DNA from: Verrucomicrobiales bacterium
Lineage (GTDB): Bacteria; Verrucomicrobiota; Verrucomicrobiia; Verrucomicrobiales; DEV007
Assembly: GCA_028033615.1 (NCBI GenBank)
Contig: JAOFDG010000004.1
Span: 4,637 to 68,636, forward strand
DNA: 64,000 nt
Direction: 5' to 3'
The notes beneath the pieces were generated by a model. It worked only from the letters and a program-made list of their open reading frames with translations, searched no databases and was not told the origin of the DNA. Shown here piece after piece: positions 9,583 to 20,276 of the stretch (position 1 is its first letter; each line of letters opens with the position of its first letter). The position numbers and the translations under genes are program-made.

Positions 9583-10695
9583 ATGATGCAATTTAAAACG
9601 ATTCTCAAAAACCCTGCCGAATGGATGATGAGTAGTGGGCCTAATGGTGAGATTGTTATAAGTAGCCGGGTGCGTTTAGCGCGTAACCTTAAAAATCTAT
9701 CATTTCCTGGCTGGGCTATTGAGGAGGACCGATCTTTAGTGTTAAATCAGGTAAAGCCAGTGATCGAATCTCTAACAGAAATGCGGGGAGCCTTCTCTTC
9801 AGAATTAACTGATCTTACTGCCGTCAAGAAACAAGTCCTTGTCGAGAGGCATTTGATTAGTAGGGAGCAAGCCGCGAAAGCAATTGGTAGCGCGGCTGTC
9901 ATGAACCGAAAGCAGACACTGTGTGTTATGGTTAATGAAGAGGACCACCTTAGAATGCAATCTATTAAGGCGGGGCTAAATCTCTCAGCTGCATTTAAGA
10001 TGATCGATAAGGTAGATACAAAGATTGAAGAGAATATTGATTATGCTTTCGATAACCAATATGGATATCTTACAGCTTGTCCGACTAATCTAGGGACTGG
10101 AATGAGAGCATCTGCGATGCTTCATCTTCCTGGTCTAGTTCTATCAGATCAGGTGAATAAAGTTATTCAGGCTGTTAATAAAATAGGCCTAGCTGTAAGA
10201 GGACTTTATGGGGAGGGTACTGAGGCTTTGGGTAATTTATTCCAAGTTTCAAATCAACATACTCTAGGTGAGCCTGAAAATGAAATTATTGCCCGACTTG
10301 AAAAAGTAATTAAACAAATTATCGAACATGAAGAAAACGCGAGAGAGAAGCTTTATGATGATAATAGAACAACTCTTGATGATAAAATTGGAAGGTCATA
10401 CGCTATTTTGCGGTATGGCCATATAATTTCGACAAAAGAGGCCTTGGATTTACTATCAATGCTAAGGCTTGGTGTAGATCTTGGATATTTTTCTGATGAA
10501 TTGAGAGGCTTAATCGATGTTCTTTTTATGGAAATTCAGCCCGCTCATTTGCAAGTTTATGCAAATCGTAAGCTAAATGCTGAAGAAAGAGACTGTCTTC
10601 GTGCCAAAATAATGCGGGATAGGTTGAAAAACCTGCCCGAGCCAAGTAAGTTTTACAAAAATAGCTCTAATGAGCAACCCCCAGAAGAGGATTAG
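9583..10695 (+). CDS. mcsB: Protein arginine kinase (ATP:guanido phosphotransferase family)
   Basis: 370 aa with SSRVRLARNL, NEEDHLR, CPTNLGTGMRAS and RGLYGEG motifs of the phosphagen-kinase catalytic domain. It sits between mcsA and clpC. Confidence 0.87.
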   Translation: MMQFKTILKNPAEWMMSSGPNGEIVISSRVRLARNLKNLSFPGWAIEEDRSLVLNQVKPVIESLTEMRGAFSSELTDLTAVKKQVLVERHLISREQAAKAIGSAAVMNRKQTLCVMVNEEDHLRMQSIKAGLNLSAAFKMIDKVDTKIEENIDYAFDNQYGYLTACPTNLGTGMRASAMLHLPGLVLSDQVNKVIQAVNKIGLAVRGLYGEGTEALGNLFQVSNQHTLGEPENEIIARLEKVIKQIIEHEENAREKLYDDNRTTLDDKIGRSYAILRYGHIISTKEALDLLSMLRLGVDLGYFSDELRGLIDVLFMEIQPAHLQVYANRKLNAEERDCLRAKIMRDRLKNLPEPSKFYKNSSNEQPPEED

Positions 10696-10706
10696 TAAGA
10701 AAGATA

Positions 10707-13202
10707 ATGATGAATAATTTCACTCCACGAGCCCAGCAAGTTTTGGCGTTAGCTCGGAAAGAAGCTGACAGATTTAATCATAATTATGTCGGTACTGAAC
10801 ACCTGCTCCTAGGTCTTATCAAACTTGGACAAGGCGTTGCCGTCAATGTGCTCCAGAAAATGAGCTTGGATCTTGAGACCGTAAGAATGGAAGTTGAGAA
10901 GCAAGTGGGCTCAGGGCCAGAGACTCAGAGTCAAGGAAACATTCCTTATACACCTCGGGTTAAAAAAGTTCTAGCTTTGGCTGGAAAAGAAGCGAAAGCT
11001 CTGAATCATTCTTATGTCGGTACAGAACATATCTTATTAGGGCTTTTAAGAGAAGGAGACGGTGTGGCTGCTAGAGTTCTCAAGAATTTAGAAGTCGATA
11101 TTGAGCGAACACGTAATGAAATTCTTAGAGAGCTTGATCCAAACTTCAGCCCTAATGATTTAGTTGAGGATGATGATGGTGTATTTGAAGAGGCTGAAGT
11201 CAGTGGAGGCAAAGATAGTAAGACTCCGGCTCTTCGAGCATTTGGAAGAGATCTTACTGAATTAGCAAAAAATTCTGAATTAGATCCTGTCATAGGCAGG
11301 ATCGAAGAAATCGAAAGAGTTATTCAGATACTTTGTAGGAGAACTAAAAATAATCCGGTCTTAATCGGAGAAGCGGGCGTTGGAAAGACAGCTATAATAG
11401 AAGGGCTAGCCCAAGAAATAACAGCTGGAAATGTTCCTGAGCTTCTGCGAGAAAAGAAGGTAATCACACTTGATCTTGCGTTGATGGTCGCTGGTACAAA
11501 GTACAGAGGTCAGTTCGAAGAAAGAATCAAAGCTGTTATGGATGAAATTATCCGAGCTAAAAATGTTATTCTTTTTATTGATGAGTTACATACAATTGTT
11601 GGTGCCGGATCTGCTGAAGGAGCGATGGATGCTTCAAACATAATTAAACCTGCTCTCAGTCGTGGCGAATTACAGTGCGTTGGCGCTACCACGCTTAATG
11701 AGTATAGAAAGTATATTGAAAAAGATGCTGCTTTAGAGCGTCGCTTCCAAACTGTCAAAGTTGAAGAACCTAGTGTTGAGGATGCGATAAAGATTTTGCA
11801 AGGTTTACAACATAAATACGAATCACATCATAAAGCTTCTTACTCTGATGATGCAATTGAGTCTGCGGTAATGCTTTCCGAGAGATACTTAACTGGGAGA
11901 TTTTTACCTGATAAGGCTATTGATATTATGGATGAAGCTGGCGCAAAGGCGCGTATTGGGGCAATGACTAGGCCTCCATCATTCAAAGAATTGGAGTTAG
12001 CTGTTGAGCAAATTCGAAAAGATAAAGAAGAAGCTATTGGAGATCAGGAGTATGAAAAAGCTGCGGCGTTACGTGACGAGGAGAAGAAAAAGAAAGAAGA
12101 GCTAGATGAAAAGCTTGAGGAATGGAGAAGTCAAAGTGAAGAGAAAACTATTGAGGTTAGTGAAGATGATATAATGGCTGTAATATCTAAGTGGACTGGA
12201 GTCCCTCTACAGCGCATGGAAGAAGCTGAAGCGGCCAAATTGTTAAGGATGGAAGATGACCTAAAGGAGCATGTCATTGGTCAGGATGAAGCAGTTATCG
12301 CTATTTCTAAAGCCCTTCGTAGGTCTAGGGCTGATCTTAAGGACCCTAGAAGACCAATAGGCTCTTTTATATTTCTTGGGCCAACAGGGGTCGGGAAAAC
12401 ATTTTTGGCACGGAACTTGGCAGAATTCATGTTTGGAGATCCAGACGCTCTAATACAGATAGATATGTCTGAGTATATGGAAAAATTTACATCGAGCCGA
12501 CTCATTGGTTCGCCTCCAGGTTACGTTGGTTATGAGGAAGGGGGTCAGCTTTCTGAGGCTGTGCGTCGTAGGCCATACTCAGTAGTTCTCTTTGATGAAG
12601 TTGAGAAAGCGCATCCAGACGTAATGCACTTGCTTTTACAGATCCTTGAAGAGGGAACAGTAACAGACAGTTTGGGACGTAAAATAGACTTTCGTAATAC
12701 GATTATCATAATGACATCCAACGTAGGAGCTGAATTAATTAAGAAGCAAACCGCATTGGGTTTCGGTGCCATGGAAAATGAATCGGCTGATTATGATGGA
12801 ATGAAAGTCAAAATACTTGAGCAGTCCAAGAAAGTCTTCAAACCTGAATTTTTGAATAGGTTAGATGATCAAATCGTCTTTCATATGCTTGAAAAAAAGG
12901 ACCTTGTGCAAATCGTGGATCTTGAAATAACTAAGGTTCTTGATCGTCTTAAGAATCGTCAAATAAGTGTGAAGATGCAAGATAAGGCTAAAGATTTTCT
13001 TATCGAAGATGGATATGATCCGGAGTATGGAGCTAGGCCGATGAGAAGGTCAGTAGAGAAGCATCTTGAAGACCCGTTAGCAGAACATCTTTTACGTGGT
13101 GATGTTAAGGAAGGGGACGAAGTAGTTGCTAGTGTTGATAAGAAACAAAAAAAATTGAAATTTAAGGTTCAAAAACACGAGCCAGTCCCAGAAAAAGCCT
13201 AG
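10707..13202 (+). CDS. clpC: ATP-dependent Clp protease ATP-binding subunit ClpC
   Basis: 831 aa. Two Clp_N repeats, two AAA+ modules (GEAGVGKTA and GPTGVGKT Walker A motifs), and a UVR-like middle-domain motif ([14 protein letters not shown]). Confidence 0.93.
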   Translation: MMNNFTPRAQQVLALARKEADRFNHNYVGTEHLLLGLIKLGQGVAVNVLQKMSLDLETVRMEVEKQVGSGPETQSQGNIPYTPRVKKVLALAGKEAKALNHSYVGTEHILLGLLREGDGVAARVLKNLEVDIERTRNEILRELDPNFSPNDLVEDDDGVFEEAEVSGGKDSKTPALRAFGRDLTELAKNSELDPVIGRIEEIERVIQILCRRTKNNPVLIGEAGVGKTAIIEGLAQEITAGNVPELLREKKVITLDLALMVAGTKYRGQFEERIKAVMDEIIRAKNVILFIDELHTIVGAGSAEGAMDASNIIKPALSRGELQCVGATTLNEYRKYIEKDAALERRFQTVKVEEPSVEDAIKILQGLQHKYESHHKASYSDDAIESAVMLSERYLTGRFLPDKAIDIMDEAGAKARIGAMTRPPSFKELELAVEQIRKDKEEAIGDQEYEKAAALRDEEKKKKEELDEKLEEWRSQSEEKTIEVSEDDIMAVISKWTGVPLQRMEEAEAAKLLRMEDDLKEHVIGQDEAVIAISKALRRSRADLKDPRRPIGSFIFLGPTGVGKTFLARNLAEFMFGDPDALIQIDMSEYMEKFTSSRLIGSPPGYVGYEEGGQLSEAVRRRPYSVVLFDEVEKAHPDVMHLLLQILEEGTVTDSLGRKIDFRNTIIIMTSNVGAELIKKQTALGFGAMENESADYDGMKVKILEQSKKVFKPEFLNRLDDQIVFHMLEKKDLVQIVDLEITKVLDRLKNRQISVKMQDKAKDFLIEDGYDPEYGARPMRRSVEKHLEDPLAEHLLRGDVKEGDEVVASVDKKQKKLKFKVQKHEPVPEKA

Positions 13203-13271
13203 ATTTTATTAATTGTTCCGTTTTATTACGGTATTAGTTATATTAATCTGTAGTAGAGCTACGCATCTATT

Positions 13272-14534
13272 ATGCGCATAGGTTTTATATCAACAAGATT
13301 TCATGGGACTGATGGAGTTTCACTGGAAGCATCAAAATGGGCTAATGTATTAGAGAAAGACCTTGGACATGAATGCTTTTGGTTCGCTGGGAAGTTAGAT
13401 ACACCTGAGGAAAAATCGATGCTTTGCGGTGAAGCATTTTTCGGTGAGGAGGATGTAATATCTTTACATGAGAAACTTTTTGAACCCAATGCATATATTT
13501 CTAATGAGGTGAGATCAAGTGTTGTTGAAATGGAGTCTTACTTAAAAATTTCTCTTGAGAATTTTTTAAGTAAATTTTCACTTGATCTGGTAGTTCCACA
13601 AAATGTCCTTGCTATTCCTATGCATGTTCCAATGGGGCTTGCCGTTACAAATTTGATTGATAATGGGATTCCAACGATAGCGCATCATCATGACTTTTAT
13701 TGGGAGAGAGAACGTTTTTTGACTGGTTGCGCTAAAGAATACTTGGACAAGGCTTTTCCGCCTCCTTTAAGAAATAAATTTGAGCATGTGGTTATTAATT
13801 CGGCAGCTAATCGCTCCTTGAAAAAGAGGTTAGATATAGAATCAACTATAATACCTAATGTTTTTGATTTTGAAAATCCTCCACCAACTAGTGATGGATA
13901 TGGAGATGATTTCAAAGAGGAGTTTGGTATTGATCAAAACGATATAATGATTCTTCAGCCTACAAGAGTTGTTCCTAGAAAAGGAATTGAACTATCAATA
14001 GAATTATGTTCGAAAATCCAGGCCAGAATTGACAAGAATATTTGTCTCGTAGTGTCTCATCTTTATGGAGATGAAGGAATTGAGTATTACAATAATCTAG
14101 TTAAATTGGCAGATAGGGCATCAGTTAATGTTGTCTGGGCTGGGGATCGAGTTGGTGAAACTCGAGGATTTGATAAATCTGGCAGAAAAATTTATAAATT
14201 ATGGGATATTTATCCAATAGCGGATTTTGTAACCTACCCTAGTCTTTATGAAGGTTTCGGTAATGCTTTATTAGAAACTTTTTATTTTTCAAAACCAGCA
14301 CTTGTTAATCGTTACCAAGTTTACAAAGATGATATTGAGCCTCACGGGTTTAAAGTTCTGAGTATCGATGGTCGAATTACTGAAGAAGTAGTTAATGAAA
14401 CGATAGAACTTTTTTCTAATGATGAAATGGCGAATGAATGGACAAAACACAACTACAAGCTATGTGTTCAAAGCTTTTCGTACAATGTTCTCAGGTCTTC
14501 TTTAGAAGAGACTCTTCTTAGAATCTTTAATTAG
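13272..14534 (+). CDS. Family-4-like (GT-B) glycosyltransferase
   Basis: 420 aa. N-terminus MRIGFISTRFHGTDGVSLE. C-terminal half has the YPSLYEGFGNALLE motif (the E-x7-E region of retaining GT4 enzymes). The substrate is unknown. Confidence 0.7.
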   Translation: MRIGFISTRFHGTDGVSLEASKWANVLEKDLGHECFWFAGKLDTPEEKSMLCGEAFFGEEDVISLHEKLFEPNAYISNEVRSSVVEMESYLKISLENFLSKFSLDLVVPQNVLAIPMHVPMGLAVTNLIDNGIPTIAHHHDFYWERERFLTGCAKEYLDKAFPPPLRNKFEHVVINSAANRSLKKRLDIESTIIPNVFDFENPPPTSDGYGDDFKEEFGIDQNDIMILQPTRVVPRKGIELSIELCSKIQARIDKNICLVVSHLYGDEGIEYYNNLVKLADRASVNVVWAGDRVGETRGFDKSGRKIYKLWDIYPIADFVTYPSLYEGFGNALLETFYFSKPALVNRYQVYKDDIEPHGFKVLSIDGRITEEVVNETIELFSNDEMANEWTKHNYKLCVQSFSYNVLRSSLEETLLRIFN

Positions 14535-14535
14535 A

Positions 14536-15033
14536 TTAAACCTCGTCTTTACCGCTTGTCTCGGTTCCTGCCCCACGATAGCGAATAAGAATCTGGCTAG
14601 GTTGGCCATTTGGTAAGGAACGGAGACTCATATGAAGATTGTTTTCGTGAGCTATTGCCCATAAGAGCTGGCGTCGAGTAATTCCCATACTATCCATGGA
14701 AACTAGAGGCATAGTCTCTGGAGACTTAACAAATTTATAGGATAGGCCAGTGAGTGGATCATTTTCAAATATTTCCTCTAGTGAAACATCGTTGTAATAA
14801 ACTCTTACCGGAGTGTCCATCCACTTGTTGTAAGGCTTATGCCAACTAAAAAGGAAATCCCCAGGCACTGCTGCATTAGGTTCAACAAGTCCAGGTTTTG
14901 AATTTTGATCAAGTATTGAACAATTAGATAGGGATAGAGTTAATAAAGCTAGTCCTGCAAATTTAATTAATGATTTCAAGTCTTTGATATTTAGAATTAA
15001 CATTTTGAAGTGGATGATCAATTTAGTGCGCAA
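14536..15033 (-). CDS. Hypothetical exported protein or lipoprotein
   Basis: Hydrophobic N-terminus ending LSLSNCS (lipobox-like). I recognise no family. The real start may be the internal Met at 15003. Confidence 0.45.
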   Translation of the reverse strand: MRTKLIIHFKMLILNIKDLKSLIKFAGLALLTLSLSNCSILDQNSKPGLVEPNAAVPGDFLFSWHKPYNKWMDTPVRVYYNDVSLEEIFENDPLTGLSYKFVKSPETMPLVSMDSMGITRRQLLWAIAHENNLHMSLRSLPNGQPSQILIRYRGAGTETSGKDEV

Positions 15034-15113
15034 TATTACCAGTTGCGACAGAAAAATGATTATTCATTAAAAAGTACATAATATTAATAATTTCCTCAAT
15101 TTTTTGAGTTTTC

Positions 15114-16637
15114 ATGAAATTTTTAAAGAAATTAGCCGATTTCTTGAAATTTCATCAAGTCCGTGTGACGATTGCGTCTCCTCAAAAAAAATCAATAATG
15201 AAAAAACTTCTGTTACATGACACACTTTCAAGAAAGCGCCTTGAAATAGTGCCTGAGGATGGGAACAAGTTTAGATTTTATTGTTGTGGTCCAACGGTTT
15301 ACGGACCAGCCCATATAGGAAACTTTAGAGCTTTTCTAGCACAAGATTTTTTTCGCAGAGTTATTGAATTGTCTGGGCTTAAGACATTACATGTCAGAAA
15401 TATTACTGACGTTGATGATAAAACTATTCGTGAGTCAATAAAGTCTGGGGTTGCATTAAAAGACTTTACTGACGGTTGGACTGACCAATTTCATGAGGAT
15501 GCTAAAAAATTAAATATACTGGAACCGCATATTGAGCCTAGTGCTGTTGATCATATACCTGAGCAGATTGAATTAATACAGAAATTAATCGATAAAGGGA
15601 ATGCGTATATTTCTGAAGATGGATCAGTTTATTTTTCTGTTAGTTCTTATCCAAAATATGGAAAATTAACGAGAATTGATCAACGTGATCTCAAGGCTGG
15701 AGCAGGAGAAAAAGCCAATGATGCTGACGAATATGAAAAAGATAATGTCTCTGATTTCGTATTATGGAAAGCTAAGAAAATAGATGATGGGGATAATTAT
15801 TGGGAAAGCCCTTGGGGTGATGGTCGACCTGGTTGGCATATTGAGTGTAGCGCGATGGCTATGAAGTATCTTGGGCAGACCTTGGATTTACATGCTGGTG
15901 GAGTGGATCTTTGTTTCCCTCACCACGAAAATGAAATTGCACAGAGTGAGGCCTGCACTGGGAAAACGTTCTCTCAGCATTGGTTCCATAATGAACATCT
16001 GATGGTAGAGGGAAATAAAATGAGTAAGAGCTTAGGGAATTTACATACCTTGGCTGATATTATAAAAAAAGGATATAACCCTGATGAGTTGCGTTATGCT
16101 CTTTTAGCGGGTTCTTATAGAACAAAGCTTAATTTTAGTTTCGATAGGATGAATGAGGCTAGAATAAATCTTAAAAAGGTTTCGAATGCTGCCCATGCCC
16201 TTGGTGGAATTGATTCTTATGAAGATCTCTGCGCTATTGCTGAAAGTGATTCGATAGAAATGGGGTTATTCGAATCGAGTTGGACTGCGCTTCTTGAGGA
16301 TTTGAATGCATCTGCTGCTCTAGGGGAATTGTTTGGATCTATCAAAAAATTAGAAAAGCGATTAGTCAATGATGACTTGTCAGAAAGTGATAAGAAAATT
16401 TGTAGACAAGGATTGTCGGTAATTGTTAATGCATTTGGCTGGACTCTACCTGAACCCGATTCATTAAAGGAATCTGTTGAAATCCCAAAAGATGTTAAGG
16501 AGCTTGCTGAACAGAGATGGCAAGCTAAATGTGACAACAACTGGGCTGAGTCTGATCGTCTTCGTGATGAAGTTGTTGCCCTTGGTTGGGTTATAAAAGA
16601 TGGTAAACAAAGTTATGAGGTAGAGCCAGTAAAATAA
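15114..16637 (+). CDS. cysS: Cysteine--tRNA ligase
   Basis: HIGN ([10 protein letters not shown]) and KMSKS class-I motifs, plus the CFPHHENE zinc/cysteine site. The biological start is more likely the ATG at 15198 ([13 protein letters not shown]...). Confidence 0.93.
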   Translation: MKFLKKLADFLKFHQVRVTIASPQKKSIMKKLLLHDTLSRKRLEIVPEDGNKFRFYCCGPTVYGPAHIGNFRAFLAQDFFRRVIELSGLKTLHVRNITDVDDKTIRESIKSGVALKDFTDGWTDQFHEDAKKLNILEPHIEPSAVDHIPEQIELIQKLIDKGNAYISEDGSVYFSVSSYPKYGKLTRIDQRDLKAGAGEKANDADEYEKDNVSDFVLWKAKKIDDGDNYWESPWGDGRPGWHIECSAMAMKYLGQTLDLHAGGVDLCFPHHENEIAQSEACTGKTFSQHWFHNEHLMVEGNKMSKSLGNLHTLADIIKKGYNPDELRYALLAGSYRTKLNFSFDRMNEARINLKKVSNAAHALGGIDSYEDLCAIAESDSIEMGLFESSWTALLEDLNASAALGELFGSIKKLEKRLVNDDLSESDKKICRQGLSVIVNAFGWTLPEPDSLKESVEIPKDVKELAEQRWQAKCDNNWAESDRLRDEVVALGWVIKDGKQSYEVEPVK

Positions 16638-16682
16638 CTTTTAGCTTCCTCTAATATTAATTTATCAGTGTAGTGAAACCCT

Positions 16683-18113
16683 TTAACCAAATAAGTCCAT
16701 GACAGGTTCTGTGACTCCGTCGGGGGTAACATAGAAAGGGCGTTGTTCAACGTTGTAGTGATGATCGTGAGGAATACCGAGGGCACGATAAATTGTGGAA
16801 TGTAATTGTTGAGTATTTATAGGATCTTTGATGGTTGTGCATGGCCTTTCATCAGCAGTTTCACCGTAAACAAATCCTTTTTTAATTCCGCCTCCAAATA
16901 AGAGAACGCTTCCTGCGCCTGTGAAGTGACGGTGCATTCCATAATGCTGAAGGCCATCAATTCTAGTCGGTACATTTACTTGATCTTTGACTCTTTTTTC
17001 CGGTTTCCCCTCCATCATCATATCACGACTGAATTCACTGGCGACAACAATTAAAGTCCTATCGAGTAAATTACTCTTTTCTAGATCTAGAACGAGTTGA
17101 GCTATTGGGGCATCAATCATCGCTTTTAGCTCCCTCATTCTAGTGTGCCCGTTATCATGGGTATCCCAATATTTAAATGGGTAGTACCCATGAGTGACTT
17201 CAATGAACCTTGCTCCAGCTTCAGTTAGACGCTTGGCAAGCAGACAACCTAAACCAAACCTTCCACCAACCTTATATGTTTCATAACTTTCTTTTGATTC
17301 CAAACTTAAATCAAATGCTTTACGTGCTTTAGGGCTTGAGAGTAGGCGATGGGCGTTGTCTATTGATTTTAATAGCGATTCCTTCTGATACTCTGACCCA
17401 TGTTGTTGTATTGGGCTATTAGCGAGCAGCTTTTTATATTCCTTATATCGTTTAGCAAAACGTGCATCACTCATTCCTTCTGGAGGTTTAACGGCCTCAA
17501 CAGCTTGATCTGGTTCAACAAGAAAAAATGGTGCATACTCACTACCCAAAAAGCCAGAGGTATGAAACGCTTTCAACGATTCTTTCTCTCCACTATCAAA
17601 AGTTTGTCCAATATCTATGAATGCTGGTAAGTCGGGATTAAGAGGCCCAAGAGTTCGAGAAACCCATGAACCAATATGAGGGGCGGCAACCGTAAGAGGA
17701 GGTTCATAAGCGGTATGCCAATGATATTGATGCCGACTATGAAGTATGAATCCTAGGTCAGCAGCATTATAGGTTTTAATTAGGGTGCCCCGATCCATGA
17801 CTTGCCCAATTTTCTCTAGACCTTCTGTGAACTTTAAACCGTCAACAACAGTGTCCACCGCAGGAAAAGTTGAGAGAACACGATTAGGATCCATTCCTTT
17901 TTCATATGGAACATAACGTTTGGGATCAAAGGTATCCGTGCTAGCCATGCCGCCAGCCATCCATAGAACAATGACGGTGTCGGCGGTCGAGTTGAGTGAG
18001 TTTTCTCTAATCTTGGCTGCTGCAGGGGTGTGAGGATATCCTGCGGCTAAAGCTCCAAGCGTAGCACTAGAAGCGGAGGAAATGAAATCTCTGCGTTTAA
18101 AATTGTTCTTCAT
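16683..18113 (-). CDS. DUF1501-family protein (sulfatase/alkaline-phosphatase-like fold) with a Tat signal
   Basis: Start taken at the ATG at 18113 (MKNNFKRRDFISSASSATLGALAA, a twin-arginine motif). LWMAGGMASTDTFDPK is the hallmark DUF1501 N-terminal motif. The C-terminus has EFSR and HYGMHRH-type motifs. Confidence 0.85.
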   Translation of the reverse strand: MKNNFKRRDFISSASSATLGALAAGYPHTPAAAKIRENSLNSTADTVIVLWMAGGMASTDTFDPKRYVPYEKGMDPNRVLSTFPAVDTVVDGLKFTEGLEKIGQVMDRGTLIKTYNAADLGFILHSRHQYHWHTAYEPPLTVAAPHIGSWVSRTLGPLNPDLPAFIDIGQTFDSGEKESLKAFHTSGFLGSEYAPFFLVEPDQAVEAVKPPEGMSDARFAKRYKEYKKLLANSPIQQHGSEYQKESLLKSIDNAHRLLSSPKARKAFDLSLESKESYETYKVGGRFGLGCLLAKRLTEAGARFIEVTHGYYPFKYWDTHDNGHTRMRELKAMIDAPIAQLVLDLEKSNLLDRTLIVVASEFSRDMMMEGKPEKRVKDQVNVPTRIDGLQHYGMHRHFTGAGSVLLFGGGIKKGFVYGETADERPCTTIKDPINTQQLHSTIYRALGIPHDHHYNVEQRPFYVTPDGVTEPVMDLFG

Positions 18114-18139
18114 TTGGATTATTTTAAGCTTAATATATT

Positions 18140-20038
18140 TTACTGAATTAACTGAAATTCTGGATGCATTGCAAGTATCCAAAGTAGATCACCTATCCCG
18201 TTTGCATCAATTGTTTCCCCGATAATCTCCGCGGCAGATGCTTTTTCTTTTTCTGATGGATTCCGACTAAGTGCATTGCTAAATAGCGTATTAATAAGTA
18301 ATTCAGATTGATGGCCTGATTTACTCCAAGCCTCCCCTCCACGAGACATTAGATTGGCAAGAGCCTTGCCGTTTGATAATTCTATTAACTGGGCAGTTGT
18401 GGCAGCAGATTCACGGCGAGTCACAACGACGTCTCTTTTGGGCCTTCCAAGTGTCTGCATGAGTCTATCTAGATTTCTTAGCCCAGCTCTTTTCTGACCA
18501 GTGCCCCTTTCTTTGGATTCGTTCTCTGCAGCAAATATTATTTGATCTATGCCATCTAAGAATTGTTCAGCAGACATTCTTTTAACTACAGGACCTTCAA
18601 AAATATATTCATCTGCGTCTTTATCGAGTGGTACAGAAGGTCTCTGATAGGCTTTAGAAGTGAGAATCAGTTTTATAGTGTGTTTGAGATTGTATCCATT
18701 ATTAACAAAATCAACCGCTAACCAATCCAAGAGATCTTGGTTCCACGTAGGATTATCCATTTCATCGACTGGCTCAACTAGCCCTCGCCCAAAAAATATA
18801 GCCCATAGTCTGTTTACTACAGTACGCGATAGGCGCCCATTTTTTTGTGAAGTAATGATTTGAGAAAGCTGTTTAACGCGATCTGTACGATTAGAATCAG
18901 GGTTTATTTGTCCAATCTCAGGGTATAGAAACGCAGGTTCGGCTTTTTCACCAATAGGTTTATTACATCTATGGATGTCCATAGGTGAATCTGAGAAAAT
19001 TGACGCTAAGGAGTACGTTTGTTTTAAAGTCCAGTCGTTAATAAATGAGTCATGGCATGAAGCGCATTTGATATTTAGCCCCATGAAGACTTGAGCAACA
19101 TTCTGTGCAGCTTGCATTTCGTTTACTTGAGATGCATTAACTGTACCTCGCCAAGATATACCTTTTATGAATCCATCAGAGCCATCGACTGGATCTATGA
19201 GTTCTCTTACGAACTGATCATAAGGTTTATTTTCAATTAAGGATTTTTTTAACCAGTCTGTAATTTTTTTACCTCCTCCTCCATGGTATTGACGAGTATA
19301 GCTATTTCGAAAGCAGTCATTCCAAAAAGTGATCCAATGTTCGGCGTAGTTTATGTTATCCTCTAAAAGGGTATCAATCATCTCATCACGCCTCTGAGAA
19401 CTGTTTATACTTTCAATATTTGGTATTTCAGCTGGAGTTGGTAATAGTCCAATAGTGTCGAGAAATGCTCGACGAGCGAAGGTAGTGTCACTAACCGTTA
19501 ATAGTGGTTCTATGTTATTTTCTTTGAAATATTTTACTAATAATCGGTCGATTGGATTGCCTTTGGTTTCTTTAGGCAATTCAACTTTACGAGGAGCTAT
19601 GGGGGCGGTTCTGAATTTTCCAAATGTAAATCCTTTTTCCCATTCCATACCTTGATCAATCCAAGTTCTAATAACTGCAACCTCATTAATTGAAAGCTGC
19701 TCACCTTTTGATGGCATTCTCTCATCCGGATCATTGCTCAATAACAAATTTATCAAAGGGCTTTCGTGCCCTTTTCCTTTATAAACAGCAGGACCGCTAT
19801 CACCGCCGGCTAGAAAAGAGTGAATATGATCAATACTGAAACCTCCTTTGTTTTTTCCTCTTGCGTGACAATTAGTGCAGCTGCGCTGCAGAATGGGTTT
19901 AACTTCTTTGGCGAAGTCTATTTTTCTATCCAAAGACGGCGGAAGAATTCGTAATGATTCATCAGAGCCTTCAACTTGAGAAGAAATAAAAAAAGTTGTT
20001 AACGTTGTTATGAAATAAAAGTAAAACTTAATGTCCAT
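18140..20038 (-). CDS. Planctomycete-type cytochrome c (PSCyt1) + DUF1549 + DUF1553 protein
   Basis: Signal peptide. CTNCH heme-binding motif followed by GKNKGGFSID. DUF1549-like FARRAFLDTIGLLPTP. A KCASCHDSF block. DUF1553-like C-terminus (VVNRLWAIFFGRGLVEPVDE). Confidence 0.85.
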   Translation of the reverse strand: MDIKFYFYFITTLTTFFISSQVEGSDESLRILPPSLDRKIDFAKEVKPILQRSCTNCHARGKNKGGFSIDHIHSFLAGGDSGPAVYKGKGHESPLINLLLSNDPDERMPSKGEQLSINEVAVIRTWIDQGMEWEKGFTFGKFRTAPIAPRKVELPKETKGNPIDRLLVKYFKENNIEPLLTVSDTTFARRAFLDTIGLLPTPAEIPNIESINSSQRRDEMIDTLLEDNINYAEHWITFWNDCFRNSYTRQYHGGGGKKITDWLKKSLIENKPYDQFVRELIDPVDGSDGFIKGISWRGTVNASQVNEMQAAQNVAQVFMGLNIKCASCHDSFINDWTLKQTYSLASIFSDSPMDIHRCNKPIGEKAEPAFLYPEIGQINPDSNRTDRVKQLSQIITSQKNGRLSRTVVNRLWAIFFGRGLVEPVDEMDNPTWNQDLLDWLAVDFVNNGYNLKHTIKLILTSKAYQRPSVPLDKDADEYIFEGPVVKRMSAEQFLDGIDQIIFAAENESKERGTGQKRAGLRNLDRLMQTLGRPKRDVVVTRRESAATTAQLIELSNGKALANLMSRGGEAWSKSGHQSELLINTLFSNALSRNPSEKEKASAAEIIGETIDANGIGDLLWILAMHPEFQLIQ

Positions 20039-20108
20039 TAATCCTAGCGGTAGATTAATTAATGATACATCTAATTTTGTTACTTGTCAGTCCAAACTGT
20101 AGTGAAAT

Positions 20109-20246
20109 TCATCTAGATTTTGAACATTTTTTACTACAGTATTTCACTTGATCCCAATTAGCGGCCCATTTTTTTCGCCAATAAAAGGGTAAGTTGCAAA
20201 CAGAACAAATTTTGTGTGGTAGGTTTTGTTTTTTTAAATGTTTAAT
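20109..20246 (-). CDS. DUF2256-like zinc-ribbon ORF with no canonical start codon (possible ATT start, or a pseudogene or read-through product)
   Basis: Hand translation gives (I)KHLKKQNLPHKICSVCNLPFYWRKKWAANWDQVKYCSKKCSKSR*. This matches the C-x2-C...F-x-WRKKW...W...VKYCS-x2-C pattern of DUF2256. There is no ATG, GTG or TTG in the 55 codons between the upstream TGA (20277-20279) and this stop. Confidence 0.5.
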   Translation of the reverse strand: MKHLKKQNLPHKICSVCNLPFYWRKKWAANWDQVKYCSKKCSKSR

Positions 20247-20276
20247 CGACTTTAGATCTTTTAAGTTATTTAATGC

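Noticed and set aside
11012-12772. Minus-strand ORFs of 74-93 aa inside clpC
   Set aside because: They are antisense to a conserved AAA+ gene and are shadow ORFs.
15114-15197. N-terminal extensions of long ORFs: cysS 15114-15197, DUF1501 18114-18182, PhyH 47325-47339, sulfatase 58679-58768, PIG-L 62327-62410
   Set aside because: In each case an internal start gives a canonical N-terminus (family-typical start, Tat or Sec signal, or AHPDD motif). The internal start also removes an implausible overlap with the upstream gene. The extensions are probably not translated.
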